From positions 1 through 38,870 of IMG/VR virus record IMGVR_UViG_3300038530_001857: a DNA stretch of 38,870 bases; one strand, 5' to 3'. The notes beneath the pieces are model-generated. The model was not told where the DNA came from, ran no database searches, and saw only the letters and a program-made list of their open reading frames with translations. Below are positions 23,195 through 33,500 of the stretch, in pieces; position 1 is the first letter of the stretch; every line of letters begins with the position of its first letter. Both the position numbers and the translations under genes were made by a program. The stretch comes from a virus (Duplodnaviria; Caudoviricetes).

Positions 23195-23761
23195 ATGAGC
23201 GATGTTTTTTCGCTATTCGAAGAAGAGGCTGCTAACGCCAAGGCGTTCGACCAAGTTAGCGAAGAGGGGACTACCCGCCTCTCCCGTCTGATCCGTCAGT
23301 CGCAACAGGCTGACGATGAGATCAAGCAGACGGAACAACATCTTAAAGACCTGAAAGCCAAGAAGCGCACCATCGACGAGGAAGATATCCCGTCGTTGAT
23401 GGAGGAGCTTGGCGTTGAGAGCTTGACTGTCGATGGCAACAAGATCTCGGTCGAGAAGTATGTGTCAGCCCGAATCCCCGATGATCGCAAAGCGGAAGCC
23501 TTCGGCTTTCTACGATCTATTGGTGAGGGAGACATCATCAAGAACGATGTCGTGGTCACCTTCGGTATGGGTCAGGACAATGTAGCGGGGGCCGTGATTG
23601 ATGATCTTCGCAATCAAGGTCTTGAGCCAAACCAGAAGACACACATCCATCCCATGACTCTCAGGTCTTGGGTGAAGAATCGTGTCGAGTCCAATCAAGA
23701 ACTCGACTATGACGTTTTCGGCGTCTACGTCGGAAATCGTGCTGTGATTAAAAAGGGGTAA
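23195..23761 (+). CDS. Replication-module protein of unknown function
   Basis: 188 aa: coiled-coil N-half, IPSLMEELG, GDIIKN and IHPMTL motifs; AAGGAG RBS; precedes the SSB-like gene. Confidence 0.75.
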   Translation: MSDVFSLFEEEAANAKAFDQVSEEGTTRLSRLIRQSQQADDEIKQTEQHLKDLKAKKRTIDEEDIPSLMEELGVESLTVDGNKISVEKYVSARIPDDRKAEAFGFLRSIGEGDIIKNDVVVTFGMGQDNVAGAVIDDLRNQGLEPNQKTHIHPMTLRSWVKNRVESNQELDYDVFGVYVGNRAVIKKG

Positions 23762-23765
23762 ACCA

Positions 23766-24569
23766 ATGAGCAAAACAGCAGTAGCAGAAGTCACCACCAC
23801 CTCCGTCGCTCCGGCGGATCTTATGGATATGTTTGAAGAGAATGCCGGTGCCGGTCTTGATAAGATCGGTTCTGCCGAGATGCAGATTCCGTTTCTGCGG
23901 ATTCTTCAGGCGCTGTCCCCGCAGCTTAATAAGCAGGACGCTCTGTATATTAAGGGCGCCGAACAGGGAGACCTGTTCAATACCGTATCGAACCGCATCT
24001 ATAAGGCGGACGAGGGTATGGTCGTTATTCCTGTGGCCTTTGAGACCAAGTTTTTGGAATTCCAGCTTCGGTCCGCTGGCGGTGGTTTTGTAGGGGAGAA
24101 GAACCCGAACGATCCTGACCTGACTCGTACGACTAGGGAAGGACCGGCAGAAATGCTGCCGTCGGGCAACGAGCTTGTGCGTACGCACCAGCATCTGGTT
24201 CTGGTCTATGACGAAGCTACCGGTGAGTATGAGCCGGCGGTTATGGATATGAAGAAGACCCAGTTGAAGGTGTCTCGCAAGTGGAACTCGCAGCGTAAGT
24301 CGGTGCGGGCAATGGGTAAGAACGGCATGTTCCTTCTGCCTATCTACGGTACGGCGTGGCGTGTGACCACGATTGCGGAGAGCAACGACCAGGGTAGCTG
24401 GTATAACTTCCGCATCGACCGTGTTGAAGATGTGGCTAAGATGGGCCATGCTATGCTCGAAGCCAAGACGATGGCCGAGAGCTTCCAAAAAGGTGAGATT
24501 AAAACGGCAGCAGCCTCGAACGAAGAGATGAAACAGGCTGATTCGTTGAGCGACGAAGTACCGTTTTAA
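23766..24569 (+). CDS. Putative single-stranded DNA-binding protein
   Basis: 267 aa with IPFLRILQALSP, GSWYNF and an acidic C-tail ending DEVPF (SSB-type tip); located next to primase. Confidence 0.65.
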   Translation: MSKTAVAEVTTTSVAPADLMDMFEENAGAGLDKIGSAEMQIPFLRILQALSPQLNKQDALYIKGAEQGDLFNTVSNRIYKADEGMVVIPVAFETKFLEFQLRSAGGGFVGEKNPNDPDLTRTTREGPAEMLPSGNELVRTHQHLVLVYDEATGEYEPAVMDMKKTQLKVSRKWNSQRKSVRAMGKNGMFLLPIYGTAWRVTTIAESNDQGSWYNFRIDRVEDVAKMGHAMLEAKTMAESFQKGEIKTAAASNEEMKQADSLSDEVPF

Positions 24570-24575
24570 CCAGTT

Positions 24576-24642
24576 GGGGGTGTCGCTTGGGCTGCGGAGT
24601 GTCGACCACAGTCCTACTCGGAGGCGACATCCCCATCCTTTT
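24576..24642 (+). terminator. Long hairpin, terminator or RNase III-type processing site
   Basis: GGGGTGTCGCTT...AGGCGACATC outer stem, GGGCTGCGG/CCACAGTCC inner stem, then CCTTTTT. Confidence 0.55.
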
Positions 24643-24653
24643 TGGAGGAAGCC

Positions 24654-26189
24654 ATGTCCCTTGCGGAGAGGTTCATGGCAGCGTTTGCCGGATTTGGCGC
24701 TGCACATGGACGTACAGATATTTCAGAAGAACGAAGAGCCGGTAAGACAAAGGCGAAGTCCTACGTTGTTCGTAAGCCTTTGACCGTGAACCTTGTGCAG
24801 TCGCACTTGGATGGTGGTCATGGTGTGGGTGCCATCCCGATCAACGAGGACAACAAGTGCAAGTTTGGTGCGTTGGATATCGATGTGTATCCGCTTGATC
24901 ATGCTGCGCTAATCAAACAGCTATCCGAAAACAATGTACCGTGTATCGTGTGCCGCTCTAAGTCAGGCGGTGCCCATGTATTCTTTTTCTTCAAGGAGTG
25001 GATGAGTGCGGGTGAATTTAGAGACAAAGCTGCGGAGATTGCGGCGCTTCTGGGCCACGGTAAATGCGAGATATTCCCGAAGCAGGAACAGGTTCTCGTC
25101 GAGCGTGGTGATGTTGGGAACTTTATTAACCTTCCGTACTTTGATGCGGAACAGACGATGCGTCCGGCGATTCTATCGGACGGCGACGGGGCCACGTTAG
25201 AGCAGTTTCTCGACATGGTCGATCAGGTCAGCATCGATCCGAACGAGTTTCGTAAGCTGCCCATCGGTGGCAGCGTTGACCTATACCCAGACTACATACC
25301 GTGCGTACGACAGATGCTGTCTATCGGCATCTCCGAAGGTGGCCGCAACAAGTTTGCTTTCCAGCTTGGAATCTTTCTAAAGAAGTACGACGAGGTGAAC
25401 TGGAAGACATTGCTCGAAGAGCACAACGCCAAGGATTTTCATCCGCCCTTGCCTGCGTCAGAGATCGTGACGATTCAGAATCAGGTCGAGAAGAAAGATT
25501 GGGGCTACCTGTGCAGCGAGGAGCCGATGGCGTCCTACTGCAACAAGAATGTCTGCCGCACCATGACGCATGGAATCGGCGGCGGTGGATCGTTGCCCAC
25601 CATCAGTGGTCTATCGGTCGTGATGTCGGAGCCGCGCCTGTGGTTCTTGGACATCGATGGGCGCCGCCTGGAGTTGGACACTGACCAGCTACAGAACCCG
25701 CGCCTGTTCCAGCGGTCCTGCATGGAGCAGCTTAACTTCATGCCAGAGCGGGCCAAGGAAGGTGATTGGCAGGTGCTGATCAACAATCTGATGGACAACT
25801 GCAATCAGATCGAGGTGCCACAAGAACTGACATACAAGGGCCAGTTCGCAGAGCTTCTTGAAAGCTATTGCACGGGCCGTGTGCAGGCGGTGACTGTTGA
25901 AGAGATCATGCTTGGCAAGCCCTACACTGACAGCGAAGAGCAACGGACATACTTCCGTCTTGACTCGCTGATGGAGTTCTTGCGGCAGAAGAAGTTTGAT
26001 AGCTACACGAGGGCGCAGATTCAGGAACGCATCAAGGAGATGAACGACGGCACAGACTCGCATGGCGTCAAACGATTCAAGACATCTGCTGGCAAGTGGA
26101 AGTCGGTTCGTGTTTGGTGGGTGCCAGAGTTTGCTGCCGAGGTGTCAGCACCTGATATTCCTGTTGCTACTACGGAGGTGCCGTTCTGA
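24654..26189 (+). CDS. DNA primase (AEP-type with PriCT-like domain)
   Basis: ALDID (motif I), RSKSGGAHVF (II), GNFINLPY (III), EGGRN PriCT-like segment and Cys cluster; GGAGG RBS before ATG 24654. Confidence 0.8.
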   Translation: MSLAERFMAAFAGFGAAHGRTDISEERRAGKTKAKSYVVRKPLTVNLVQSHLDGGHGVGAIPINEDNKCKFGALDIDVYPLDHAALIKQLSENNVPCIVCRSKSGGAHVFFFFKEWMSAGEFRDKAAEIAALLGHGKCEIFPKQEQVLVERGDVGNFINLPYFDAEQTMRPAILSDGDGATLEQFLDMVDQVSIDPNEFRKLPIGGSVDLYPDYIPCVRQMLSIGISEGGRNKFAFQLGIFLKKYDEVNWKTLLEEHNAKDFHPPLPASEIVTIQNQVEKKDWGYLCSEEPMASYCNKNVCRTMTHGIGGGGSLPTISGLSVVMSEPRLWFLDIDGRRLELDTDQLQNPRLFQRSCMEQLNFMPERAKEGDWQVLINNLMDNCNQIEVPQELTYKGQFAELLESYCTGRVQAVTVEEIMLGKPYTDSEEQRTYFRLDSLMEFLRQKKFDSYTRAQIQERIKEMNDGTDSHGVKRFKTSAGKWKSVRVWWVPEFAAEVSAPDIPVATTEVPF

Positions 26190-27703
26190 TGGAGACGACA
26201 ATTTTTGGCCCACCGGGCACTGGCAAGACCACCCGCCTAATCGGCATCGTGAAGGACGCTATTGCCGACGGCATGGATCCCAACCGGATCGCCTTCATGT
26301 CGTTCAGCAAAAAGGCAGCAGAAGAAGCGAAGACTCGTGCAATAGCCGAGTTGGATGTGGACTCGCGCGATCTGATCTGGTTCCGGACTCTGCACTCTTT
26401 GGCCTTCAACTGCCTCGGCATGCGTGGGCAAGATGTATTTAAGGGCGCAGACTTCCACAAGCTGGGGGAGCTTGTGGGTCTGGAGTTCAAAGCCAATGCT
26501 TCGAACAACATGTCAGACGGTGTGCTGTTCATTCCCGGTGGGGGTGGTGACAAGTATCTGTCTATGGTGCAAGAGGCGCGGGTGCGTGAGGTCACACTCG
26601 AGCAGCAGTTCAACGATGCCGCCAACTACAATCTGCACTTCCAACAACTCCGCGTCTTGGCAAAAGCATACGAAGATTTGAAGAAGGAACTTCGTAAACG
26701 GGATTTCGTGGATATGATCGAGGACTTTATCGAGCAGGGCACCAGTCCCCGCTTCGATCTTCTGATCATCGACGAAGCCCAGGATCTGGCCCCGCTGCAA
26801 TGGCGCATGGTCAAAGAGGTTCTGGTTCCAAACTCGAAGCAGGTTTACTACGCCGGTGACGATGATCAGTGCATCTACTCATGGATGGGGGTCCGTGTAT
26901 CGGACTTCTTGGGCGCCAGTGACCGCAAGATGGTGCTCGACAAGTCGTACCGTGTACCGTTGACCGTGCACAAATTTGCCGACCAGCTTGTGCGGCGGGT
27001 GGCTACCAGACAGGAAAAGGTTTGGCAACCCGTGGAAAGAGAGGGCAACCTTTCGTGGCATCGTGATATCATGGAGTTGGACTTGGAGAGTGGTGAATGG
27101 TTAATCCTTACCCGGACCAACTACATTGCGAATAAGATCGCCTCCCGACTAAAGGACGATGGTTATCTCTTCTGGAGAGAAGGGGCCGGATGGTCTCTAT
27201 CACAAAATGTCCTAGACGGAATTGAGGTGTGGCTAAAACTATGCAAGGGCCAAGACTTGTCAGCAGAGGAACTGAAGAAGTTCTCCAAGATACTGAGCGG
27301 AAATGTTATTACCAGATCTGGGCGCAGAACCCTCGAATCATTAGACCCAGAACAATCCTATACCCTCGGCGATTTAATCGCGCAGTGCGGACTGGATGCG
27401 ACGGCAGAGACGCCGTGGATGTCTGTCCTGAAAGTGTCGGACAGGGAGGTTGCCTATATTACGTCGGTACGGCGGCGGGGGGAGAAATTACTATCTGGCA
27501 AACCGAGGATCCGGATATCGACGATTCACAAAGCCAAAGGTGGCGAGGCGGATAACGTCGCCCTCTTCTTAGACTCGAGCAGAGCTTGTGTAGAGAGCCT
27601 TGACCAAGATAGCGAGGTTAGGGTTTTCTATGTCGGTGCAACTCGTGCTAAGAAACACCTGCATCTTATTGAACCTACAGGATATTATGGATTCGCCGCA
27701 TGA
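26189..27703 (+). CDS. UvrD/Rep-like SF1 helicase
   Basis: GPPGTGKT, RTLHS, IIDEAQD, AGDDDQCIY, SYR, TIHKAKGGE, FYVGATRAK. Confidence 0.92.
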   Translation: METTIFGPPGTGKTTRLIGIVKDAIADGMDPNRIAFMSFSKKAAEEAKTRAIAELDVDSRDLIWFRTLHSLAFNCLGMRGQDVFKGADFHKLGELVGLEFKANASNNMSDGVLFIPGGGGDKYLSMVQEARVREVTLEQQFNDAANYNLHFQQLRVLAKAYEDLKKELRKRDFVDMIEDFIEQGTSPRFDLLIIDEAQDLAPLQWRMVKEVLVPNSKQVYYAGDDDQCIYSWMGVRVSDFLGASDRKMVLDKSYRVPLTVHKFADQLVRRVATRQEKVWQPVEREGNLSWHRDIMELDLESGEWLILTRTNYIANKIASRLKDDGYLFWREGAGWSLSQNVLDGIEVWLKLCKGQDLSAEELKKFSKILSGNVITRSGRRTLESLDPEQSYTLGDLIAQCGLDATAETPWMSVLKVSDREVAYITSVRRRGEKLLSGKPRIRISTIHKAKGGEADNVALFLDSSRACVESLDQDSEVRVFYVGATRAKKHLHLIEPTGYYGFAA

Positions 27704-27984
27704 AGAACAGAGAACATTTTCTGCGTGAAGCAGAAGAACTAATCAATGGACCGAGGGCCGAAGACTATGGCCCTGCGCTTCTGAACCATGAGCGGATCGC
27801 TGCTATCTGGAATGTGCTACTGCGAAAAAAGCTGCTGGACAAGATCACGCCGACCGAAGTCGTCGCCATGATGGTTGGCTTGAAGCTGGCGCGTCTTGCC
27901 GAGGACATGCACAAAGATGATTCGTGGGTCGACATCATAGGATATGCGGCACTGGGTGGAGAGATTTCCCATGACGATCAGTGA
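27700..27984 (+). CDS. DUF6378-like phage protein
   Basis: A..LING.R..DYG....NH.RIA.IW..V..MM..LK.AR..DSWVDI.GYAAL pattern. Confidence 0.7.
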   Translation: MKNREHFLREAEELINGPRAEDYGPALLNHERIAAIWNVLLRKKLLDKITPTEVVAMMVGLKLARLAEDMHKDDSWVDIIGYAALGGEISHDDQ

Positions 27985-29890
27985 TCCACATCAATATCAT
28001 CTGCTGGAGCAGGACATCAAGGATGTCGCGTGGGGCAACATCGACAGTGACTGGTCACCACCGGCATCGTTTCCTGATCTGACAAACTACGAGCGGATCG
28101 CCATCGACTTAGAGACACGTGATCCAAACCTAACAACGCTGGGTCCGGGGTGGTGCCGCAAGGATGGATACATCATCGGCATCGCGGTGGCTGCTGGTGA
28201 TAGCGCCTGGTACTTTCCGATCAAACACGAGACCGGGAACCTGCCTCGGTCTTCTGTTATGGCGTGGCTGAAGAAGCAGATGGCTACTCCAAATATCGAC
28301 AAGGTGATGCACAATGCGCTGTATGATCTTGGCTGGCTTCGAGCGGAGGGCATCGAAGTGCAGGGCAAGATTATCGATACGATGGTGGCAGCGCCGCTGC
28401 TGAACGAGAACCGCCGCTGGTACAATCTGGACTCGCTGGCTCGTGACTATCTTGGTGAGCGCAAGAATGAGAAGATGCTTCGGTCTGCTGCCGGGGAGTT
28501 TGGAGTCGATCCAAAAAGTGACATGTGGCGCCTGCCGTCCCGATATGTGGGGCAGTACGCAGAGCAGGATGCTGCTGTTACACTACGGCTGTGGGATCGT
28601 TTTCGCACGGATCTTGCAAAGGAGGAGTGTACCAGCATCTTTGAGCTAGAGCGCAGTCTAATTCCTGTCCTGCTGGAAATGAAGACCAATGGAGTCCGGA
28701 TTGATCTTGACCGCGCTGAGATTGTGAAGAAGGATCTGAAACATCGTGAAGATCGACTACTTAAAGAAATAAAGGAAGAGACCGGCGTCGTTGTGGAGCC
28801 GTGGGCCGCTGCATCTATAGCAAAGGCGTTCGACGCTCTTGGGCTGACCTACCAGAGGACAGAGAAAACTGATGCGCCAGCCTTTACAAAAGCATTTCTG
28901 GCGAACCATCCTCACCCGGTGGCGCAGAAGATTGTACGCCTTCGCGAGTTTAACAAGGCCAACACAACCTTTGTTGAAACTATACTTCAGCATTCGCATA
29001 ACGGTCGTATCCATTGTGATTTTCACCCTCTTCGTTCAGATGAAGGGGGCACAGTTACCGGACGATTTTCTTCGTCCAACCCGAACCTCCAACAAATCCC
29101 GGCCCGTGACCCAGAAATCAAAAAGATGATTCGGGGTCTTTTCATCCCGGAAGAAGGGGAGAAGTGGGGCAGCTTTGATTACGCATCGCAGGAGCCGCGA
29201 TGGCTGGCGCACTACTGTGCCACTCTGACCGGCGCCCGAAGGGATCCTCGTATTGATGATGTGGTGCAAATGTACCATGAAGGCAATGCTGATTTCCACC
29301 AAATGGTTGCGGACATGGCAGGCGTGTCACGTAAGGAAGCCAAGACCGTGAATCTCGGCATCATGTACGGCATGGGCAAGAAGAAACTGGCCGGCGTTCT
29401 TGACATCACCGAGGATGACGCTACGCATCTGCTTGCTGGATATCACGAGAAGGTGCCGTTCGTGAAAGGTATCGCCGATCTTGCGATGGAGCAGGCGCAA
29501 GAGAAGGGCGTCATCCGCACATGGATGGGGCGCAAGTGTCGCTTCGACATGTATGAGCCGCGCTCGTTTGGGTACAATAAGCCGATGCAGTTGAAAGAGG
29601 CACTCGAACATTACGGCGGCAAGGGCATGATTCGACGTGCGTTCACGTACAAGGCGCTGAATCGATTGATTCAAGGATCCAGTGCGGATCAGACCAAGAA
29701 GGCGATGGCCGTCTGTTATTCAGAAAACCTCACGCCGATGCTCACTGTTCACGACGAATTGTGTTTTAGCGTGAACTCTCGTGAACAATCTGAGAAAATT
29801 GTCGAGATTATGAAGAATTGTGTACCAGACTTGAAGGTGCCATTCGACGTGGACGCCGAGCTTGGCGACAACTGGGGAGAGGTCGGATGA
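27971..29890 (+). CDS. polA: Family A DNA polymerase with 3'-5' exonuclease domain
   Basis: Exo I DLET, Exo II HNALYD, Exo III YAEQD; TGRFSSSNPNLQQIP; motif A DYASQEPR, motif B RKEAKTVNLGIMYG, motif C TVHDEL. Confidence 0.97.
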   Translation: MTISDPHQYHLLEQDIKDVAWGNIDSDWSPPASFPDLTNYERIAIDLETRDPNLTTLGPGWCRKDGYIIGIAVAAGDSAWYFPIKHETGNLPRSSVMAWLKKQMATPNIDKVMHNALYDLGWLRAEGIEVQGKIIDTMVAAPLLNENRRWYNLDSLARDYLGERKNEKMLRSAAGEFGVDPKSDMWRLPSRYVGQYAEQDAAVTLRLWDRFRTDLAKEECTSIFELERSLIPVLLEMKTNGVRIDLDRAEIVKKDLKHREDRLLKEIKEETGVVVEPWAAASIAKAFDALGLTYQRTEKTDAPAFTKAFLANHPHPVAQKIVRLREFNKANTTFVETILQHSHNGRIHCDFHPLRSDEGGTVTGRFSSSNPNLQQIPARDPEIKKMIRGLFIPEEGEKWGSFDYASQEPRWLAHYCATLTGARRDPRIDDVVQMYHEGNADFHQMVADMAGVSRKEAKTVNLGIMYGMGKKKLAGVLDITEDDATHLLAGYHEKVPFVKGIADLAMEQAQEKGVIRTWMGRKCRFDMYEPRSFGYNKPMQLKEALEHYGGKGMIRRAFTYKALNRLIQGSSADQTKKAMAVCYSENLTPMLTVHDELCFSVNSREQSEKIVEIMKNCVPDLKVPFDVDAELGDNWGEVG

Positions 29891-30075
29891 TACCAAAGTG
29901 TTTTGCTTGCGGCTGGAATCTGATTTGGGGTGGAGACCATGACGTTGAAGACGATGAGGACTACTACATCGTCTCCAACCTGTCATGTCCTGAGTGTAAG
30001 ACGTTCTACCTTATGTATCACCCAACGCCGCCATCCGATGAGACAGACGAGACGCCCGATTCGGGGTCTGTTTAG
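29887..30075 (+). CDS. Zinc-ribbon miniprotein
   Basis: MIPKCFACG..LIWGGDHD..NLSCPEC; ATGA-coupled to the polymerase stop. Confidence 0.7.
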   Translation: MIPKCFACGWNLIWGGDHDVEDDEDYYIVSNLSCPECKTFYLMYHPTPPSDETDETPDSGSV

Positions 30076-30460
30076 CCCATTTCGAGTCCAACATTTGCCG
30101 GCTGGCCTCGCGCCAGTCCCTGGAATCGACCGCAGCCTTCATTTTTTTGAAGCCAGACAGCCTCGGACGGCCTAGTTGGAAGCACATGTTGGCAATGATC
30201 AGTTGGGCCTCTTCTGGCAAGTCATTGAAATCGCTGTACAAAAATTCGCAATCTCGTAGAGTTCGTTGCACATCGTCGTGGAATAGTTCATCGACAAGCT
30301 CCTGAGAGACCTGAGAGCCTACTTCTAGGCCGTGCAGGTCGTCATCTTCGTGAATAAGATGCCCAATTCCAACGGTAGGGTAGCCAAGATGGTCGAGATA
30401 GATCTCCAGCTTGCAGCCTTCGTCCGCAGCAAGCTCTTTTTGTAGCTGTTCGAGATTCAT
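30011..30460 (-). CDS. Endolysin, T4-type lysozyme (GH24)
   Basis: Catalytic E-x8-D-x5-T (DEGCKLEIYLDHLGYPTVGIG), NMCFQLG, SKWAKQTPNRA; AAGGAG RBS before ATG 30460. Confidence 0.92.
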   Translation of the reverse strand: MNLEQLQKELAADEGCKLEIYLDHLGYPTVGIGHLIHEDDDLHGLEVGSQVSQELVDELFHDDVQRTLRDCEFLYSDFNDLPEEAQLIIANMCFQLGRPRLSGFKKMKAAVDSRDWREASRQMLDSKWAKQTPNRASRLSHRMAALGDT

Positions 30461-30470
30461 GGGATGCTCC

Positions 30471-30572
30471 TTACATGCAAAGATCTTCATACTTTGTAGT
30501 ATGAAGACGATGCGCACTCAAGTCTTGCGTCTGCTGCCGTGCCAGCAGGCGTTTCAGCCATCGAAAGATCAT
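30471..30572 (-). CDS. 33-aa peptide preceding the endolysin
   Basis: Read manually: MIFRWLKRLLARQQTQDLSAHRLHTTKYEDLCM. ATGA-coupled to the upstream stop; its TAA overlaps the lysozyme RBS. Confidence 0.5.
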   Translation of the reverse strand: MIFRWLKRLLARQQTQDLSAHRLHTTKYEDLCM

Positions 30573-33500
30573 CCTACCATCGTCCTTCTTCGAGCAATTT
30601 GTGCAGTACGTGGATCCTGAATCAGATCCTCGACACTAATCTGTCCCACGACCGGACTCGCGGCGCTGGTGTTTACCGTAGCCGGAGGAGGTGTGGTCGT
30701 GGCCGGCGGAGGAGGAGGCGGAGGAGGAGCAGTCGGAGGAGCAGGAGCCGTAATTACTTTCCTCTTTGTGTCTCTGCGTGGAGACAGACGATCCGTATCG
30801 AACGCACCTTCCGGTGTCGGATCAGGATCTTCAGGGTCAATAGACAGGCGGCGGAGTTCTCGTTCAAGAATTCTCAACAGGCGTGTCGGCACGTCGTGAT
30901 TCTTTTCATCTGCTTCTTCTAGTTTAGCTTCGGACGGACTGTACGGTAAGTAACGTCCACGTTCCAAGGCTTTTAGTTCTTCCTTGCCGATACGTTCTTT
31001 CCTCAAGATGTCACGAATTTGTTTCTTGCTAAGACCAAGATCGCGCAGCGCCTTTATCTGCAAGGCGAAGTTACGAAACACTCGAAGACGTGCTTCATTT
31101 GCCGCCAGATATCCATTCACATAATCTTGTTCGCCCGCGAAGTCTCGATTCACTACGTCGTTAAACAAGGTAGCAGCTTCTGAGCGCAAGGCTTTGAACT
31201 CGTTTGCCTTGAACTTAGCGACTCTTGCTGGGTCCACTTCTTGTGCAGACAAGCCCGTGAACAAACGGAAAAGCTCCCCTTCTGGGGCATATGTTCGTCC
31301 AGTGCTTGGTTCTCGCTCAGATACGCCGAATTCTGGACGACCTGCAAGCAGGCTTCTTGGCAGGCGAGAAAGTTCGATCTCGCTGAAATCTGCACCGACA
31401 GGAACTCGGAAAGGATCGAGGTTGGATGGACCCATTTGATTCATTAAGTGAATCATCGAGCGTTCAATCTTTTTACCTAGATTTTCAACGTCGCGATAAA
31501 CTTTGGCGCCTGTTTGAGTCTCACCTCCACGACCAAAAGCAAATGTTGGTAGCACATCGCGGAGAGATGCAAGGGCAATGGACTCACTAAGAAACGGCTC
31601 AAAAAATTCTGAGAAAGCTGCCCATGCGGCTTTGCCCACGGTATCACGCGCACCTCGCTGAAGTTTGTTGCTTTCGTCTAGGCTGTTCAAGACGGCCTCA
31701 AACGGACGGATCAACATGTCAAACGGATTGAAGTGACTGAAGTCAAGAACTTCAAAGTTGCCTTTTTCGTTTTTACCGAGGGACAAAAAGATCGAGTCTC
31801 TCTGATACGGAGCGGAGGTGGCGTTAACAGCTTCCATTTGCTCTGGAGTCATACCAGTCAAATTCATCGAGATGTCGCGCAGTGCTGGACCAGCTACATA
31901 GAATGTAGACAACGAACTCATGAGTCGGCGCATGCCGATCTCGCGGATTGCGGCATCTTCGCTTGCCAACTCTTTCATGGAGGTTTCGAGCGTGTTAAAC
32001 CCGGTGCGGATAATTTCTGCGGGGAAGGCAATGAAGTTACCTATCGGCAGGCCGCGAATATCCTTAATGACTTGCGGCACAAGTTCGTAGTTGGGTACGT
32101 TGTTTCGAACGATGTCCGCCGCTCTGCCCTTGATGGCCTCTTCTACAGTGCCCGGACCCTCTTGCCCGATCTCACGTTTGAAACGCTCGGTGGTTGCATC
32201 CATCACCTGCTTTGTTTGACTGTCGTTCATGCCCTTGGTTTTATCTTGGGCATTGCGCATCATTTTAGTGTACGCCTCGCGCAGCTTTGACGCCTCAAAC
32301 TCGTAGTTGTAAATCTTCCAAACGTCGTCGCCTGCGCGGTATAGATCCGCAGCTTTGCCGAGAAACTGCATAGTCATGTTACGGCGGTGCTGACGATCCA
32401 AGCTACCTACGTCTACTGAAATTTTTGTGCCCGGAACTCGTAAACGGTTTGGTCTTGGTCCTGTAGTAGCAACGTCACTTACCAGAGCATGATCTTCCAT
32501 CACGCGCAGGTTCCCTGGGTCCACACCACGACGTAAGTTGTCTTGAAGTTCACGAAGCTCCGCGCTGCTTCCAATAACACCACGCTGCTGGAGGTCCACA
32601 AAATACTCCAAGCCTTCGTCCGTAAGACGATAGTCAGCCGTCAGCAGCTTTCTGTTGATAAGGTCGCGTAAAACAAGGTCTACTGACTGACCGAGGCTAG
32701 CACCATTACCTATGTTTCCCTGCGCCAAAGCGAACATACTAGCAGATGTGACGTTACGGACCTGCGTAATTGGAGACAGAATGGTTTTGTTGAATTGGCT
32801 GATGCCTTTTAATTTCAACAAGCCGCCATATGTCTGACGTAAAAAACTTCCGAGCAAGGTGTCGTCAGTGATGATCGTGCGATTCAAAGATGCAGCCATT
32901 GCATTTGGCACAGCGATGTTATGCATCGCACCAAAGGCGCTCTCAGCTTGACCGGGATCTTTCTTTATGACGTTGCCCGAAGAATCTGTGCGACCGATGA
33001 TGTGATAACCTTTGGTTCTTAGATCGGTAAGAACAAACTCTTCTGCATTGTCTATTTCTTGCTGAAGCTGCCTAATACGTCCTTCACTCGCACCTTGTGC
33101 TGCTGCCTCATCCAACTGCTGCTGAAGACGATCTTGTCTAGCAGCCACTCTCTCCGGCACGTTGATGTAGCGACCGTCAACTTTAGGGCCGAGATCGGCA
33201 GTCGTGGCCGTTGGGTTTGTCCTACGAAGTTCTGCTAATGCTTCTCGCTCGGCAGCGTTTAAAAAGTCCTCGCCATACTTGCCCCGTCGAAAGACAGCGT
33301 CGGCCATGTCGGCATCCGCGATAGCACGAAGCCGAGTGTAGAAACTGTCAGTCGCAATGAAAGTGGACAGATCAGAAATCGTGGCAATATATGACTCACG
33401 AGGATTGCGGACCTGCCCCAGAATCTCTTTCAGAACCGGGCTTTCTACTTTACGGCGGTTAAGAAGCTGTGTGTTCAACTTTCGAATCGGAACCCGTCCG

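Noticed and set aside
23748-24707. 319-aa minus-strand ORF
   Set aside because: Antisense to the SSB-like gene, which has the RBS and operon context.
30670-30750. GGA/GGC triplet-like repeat
   Set aside because: Encodes the poly-proline linker at the C-terminus of the 1582-aa protein; not an independent DNA element.
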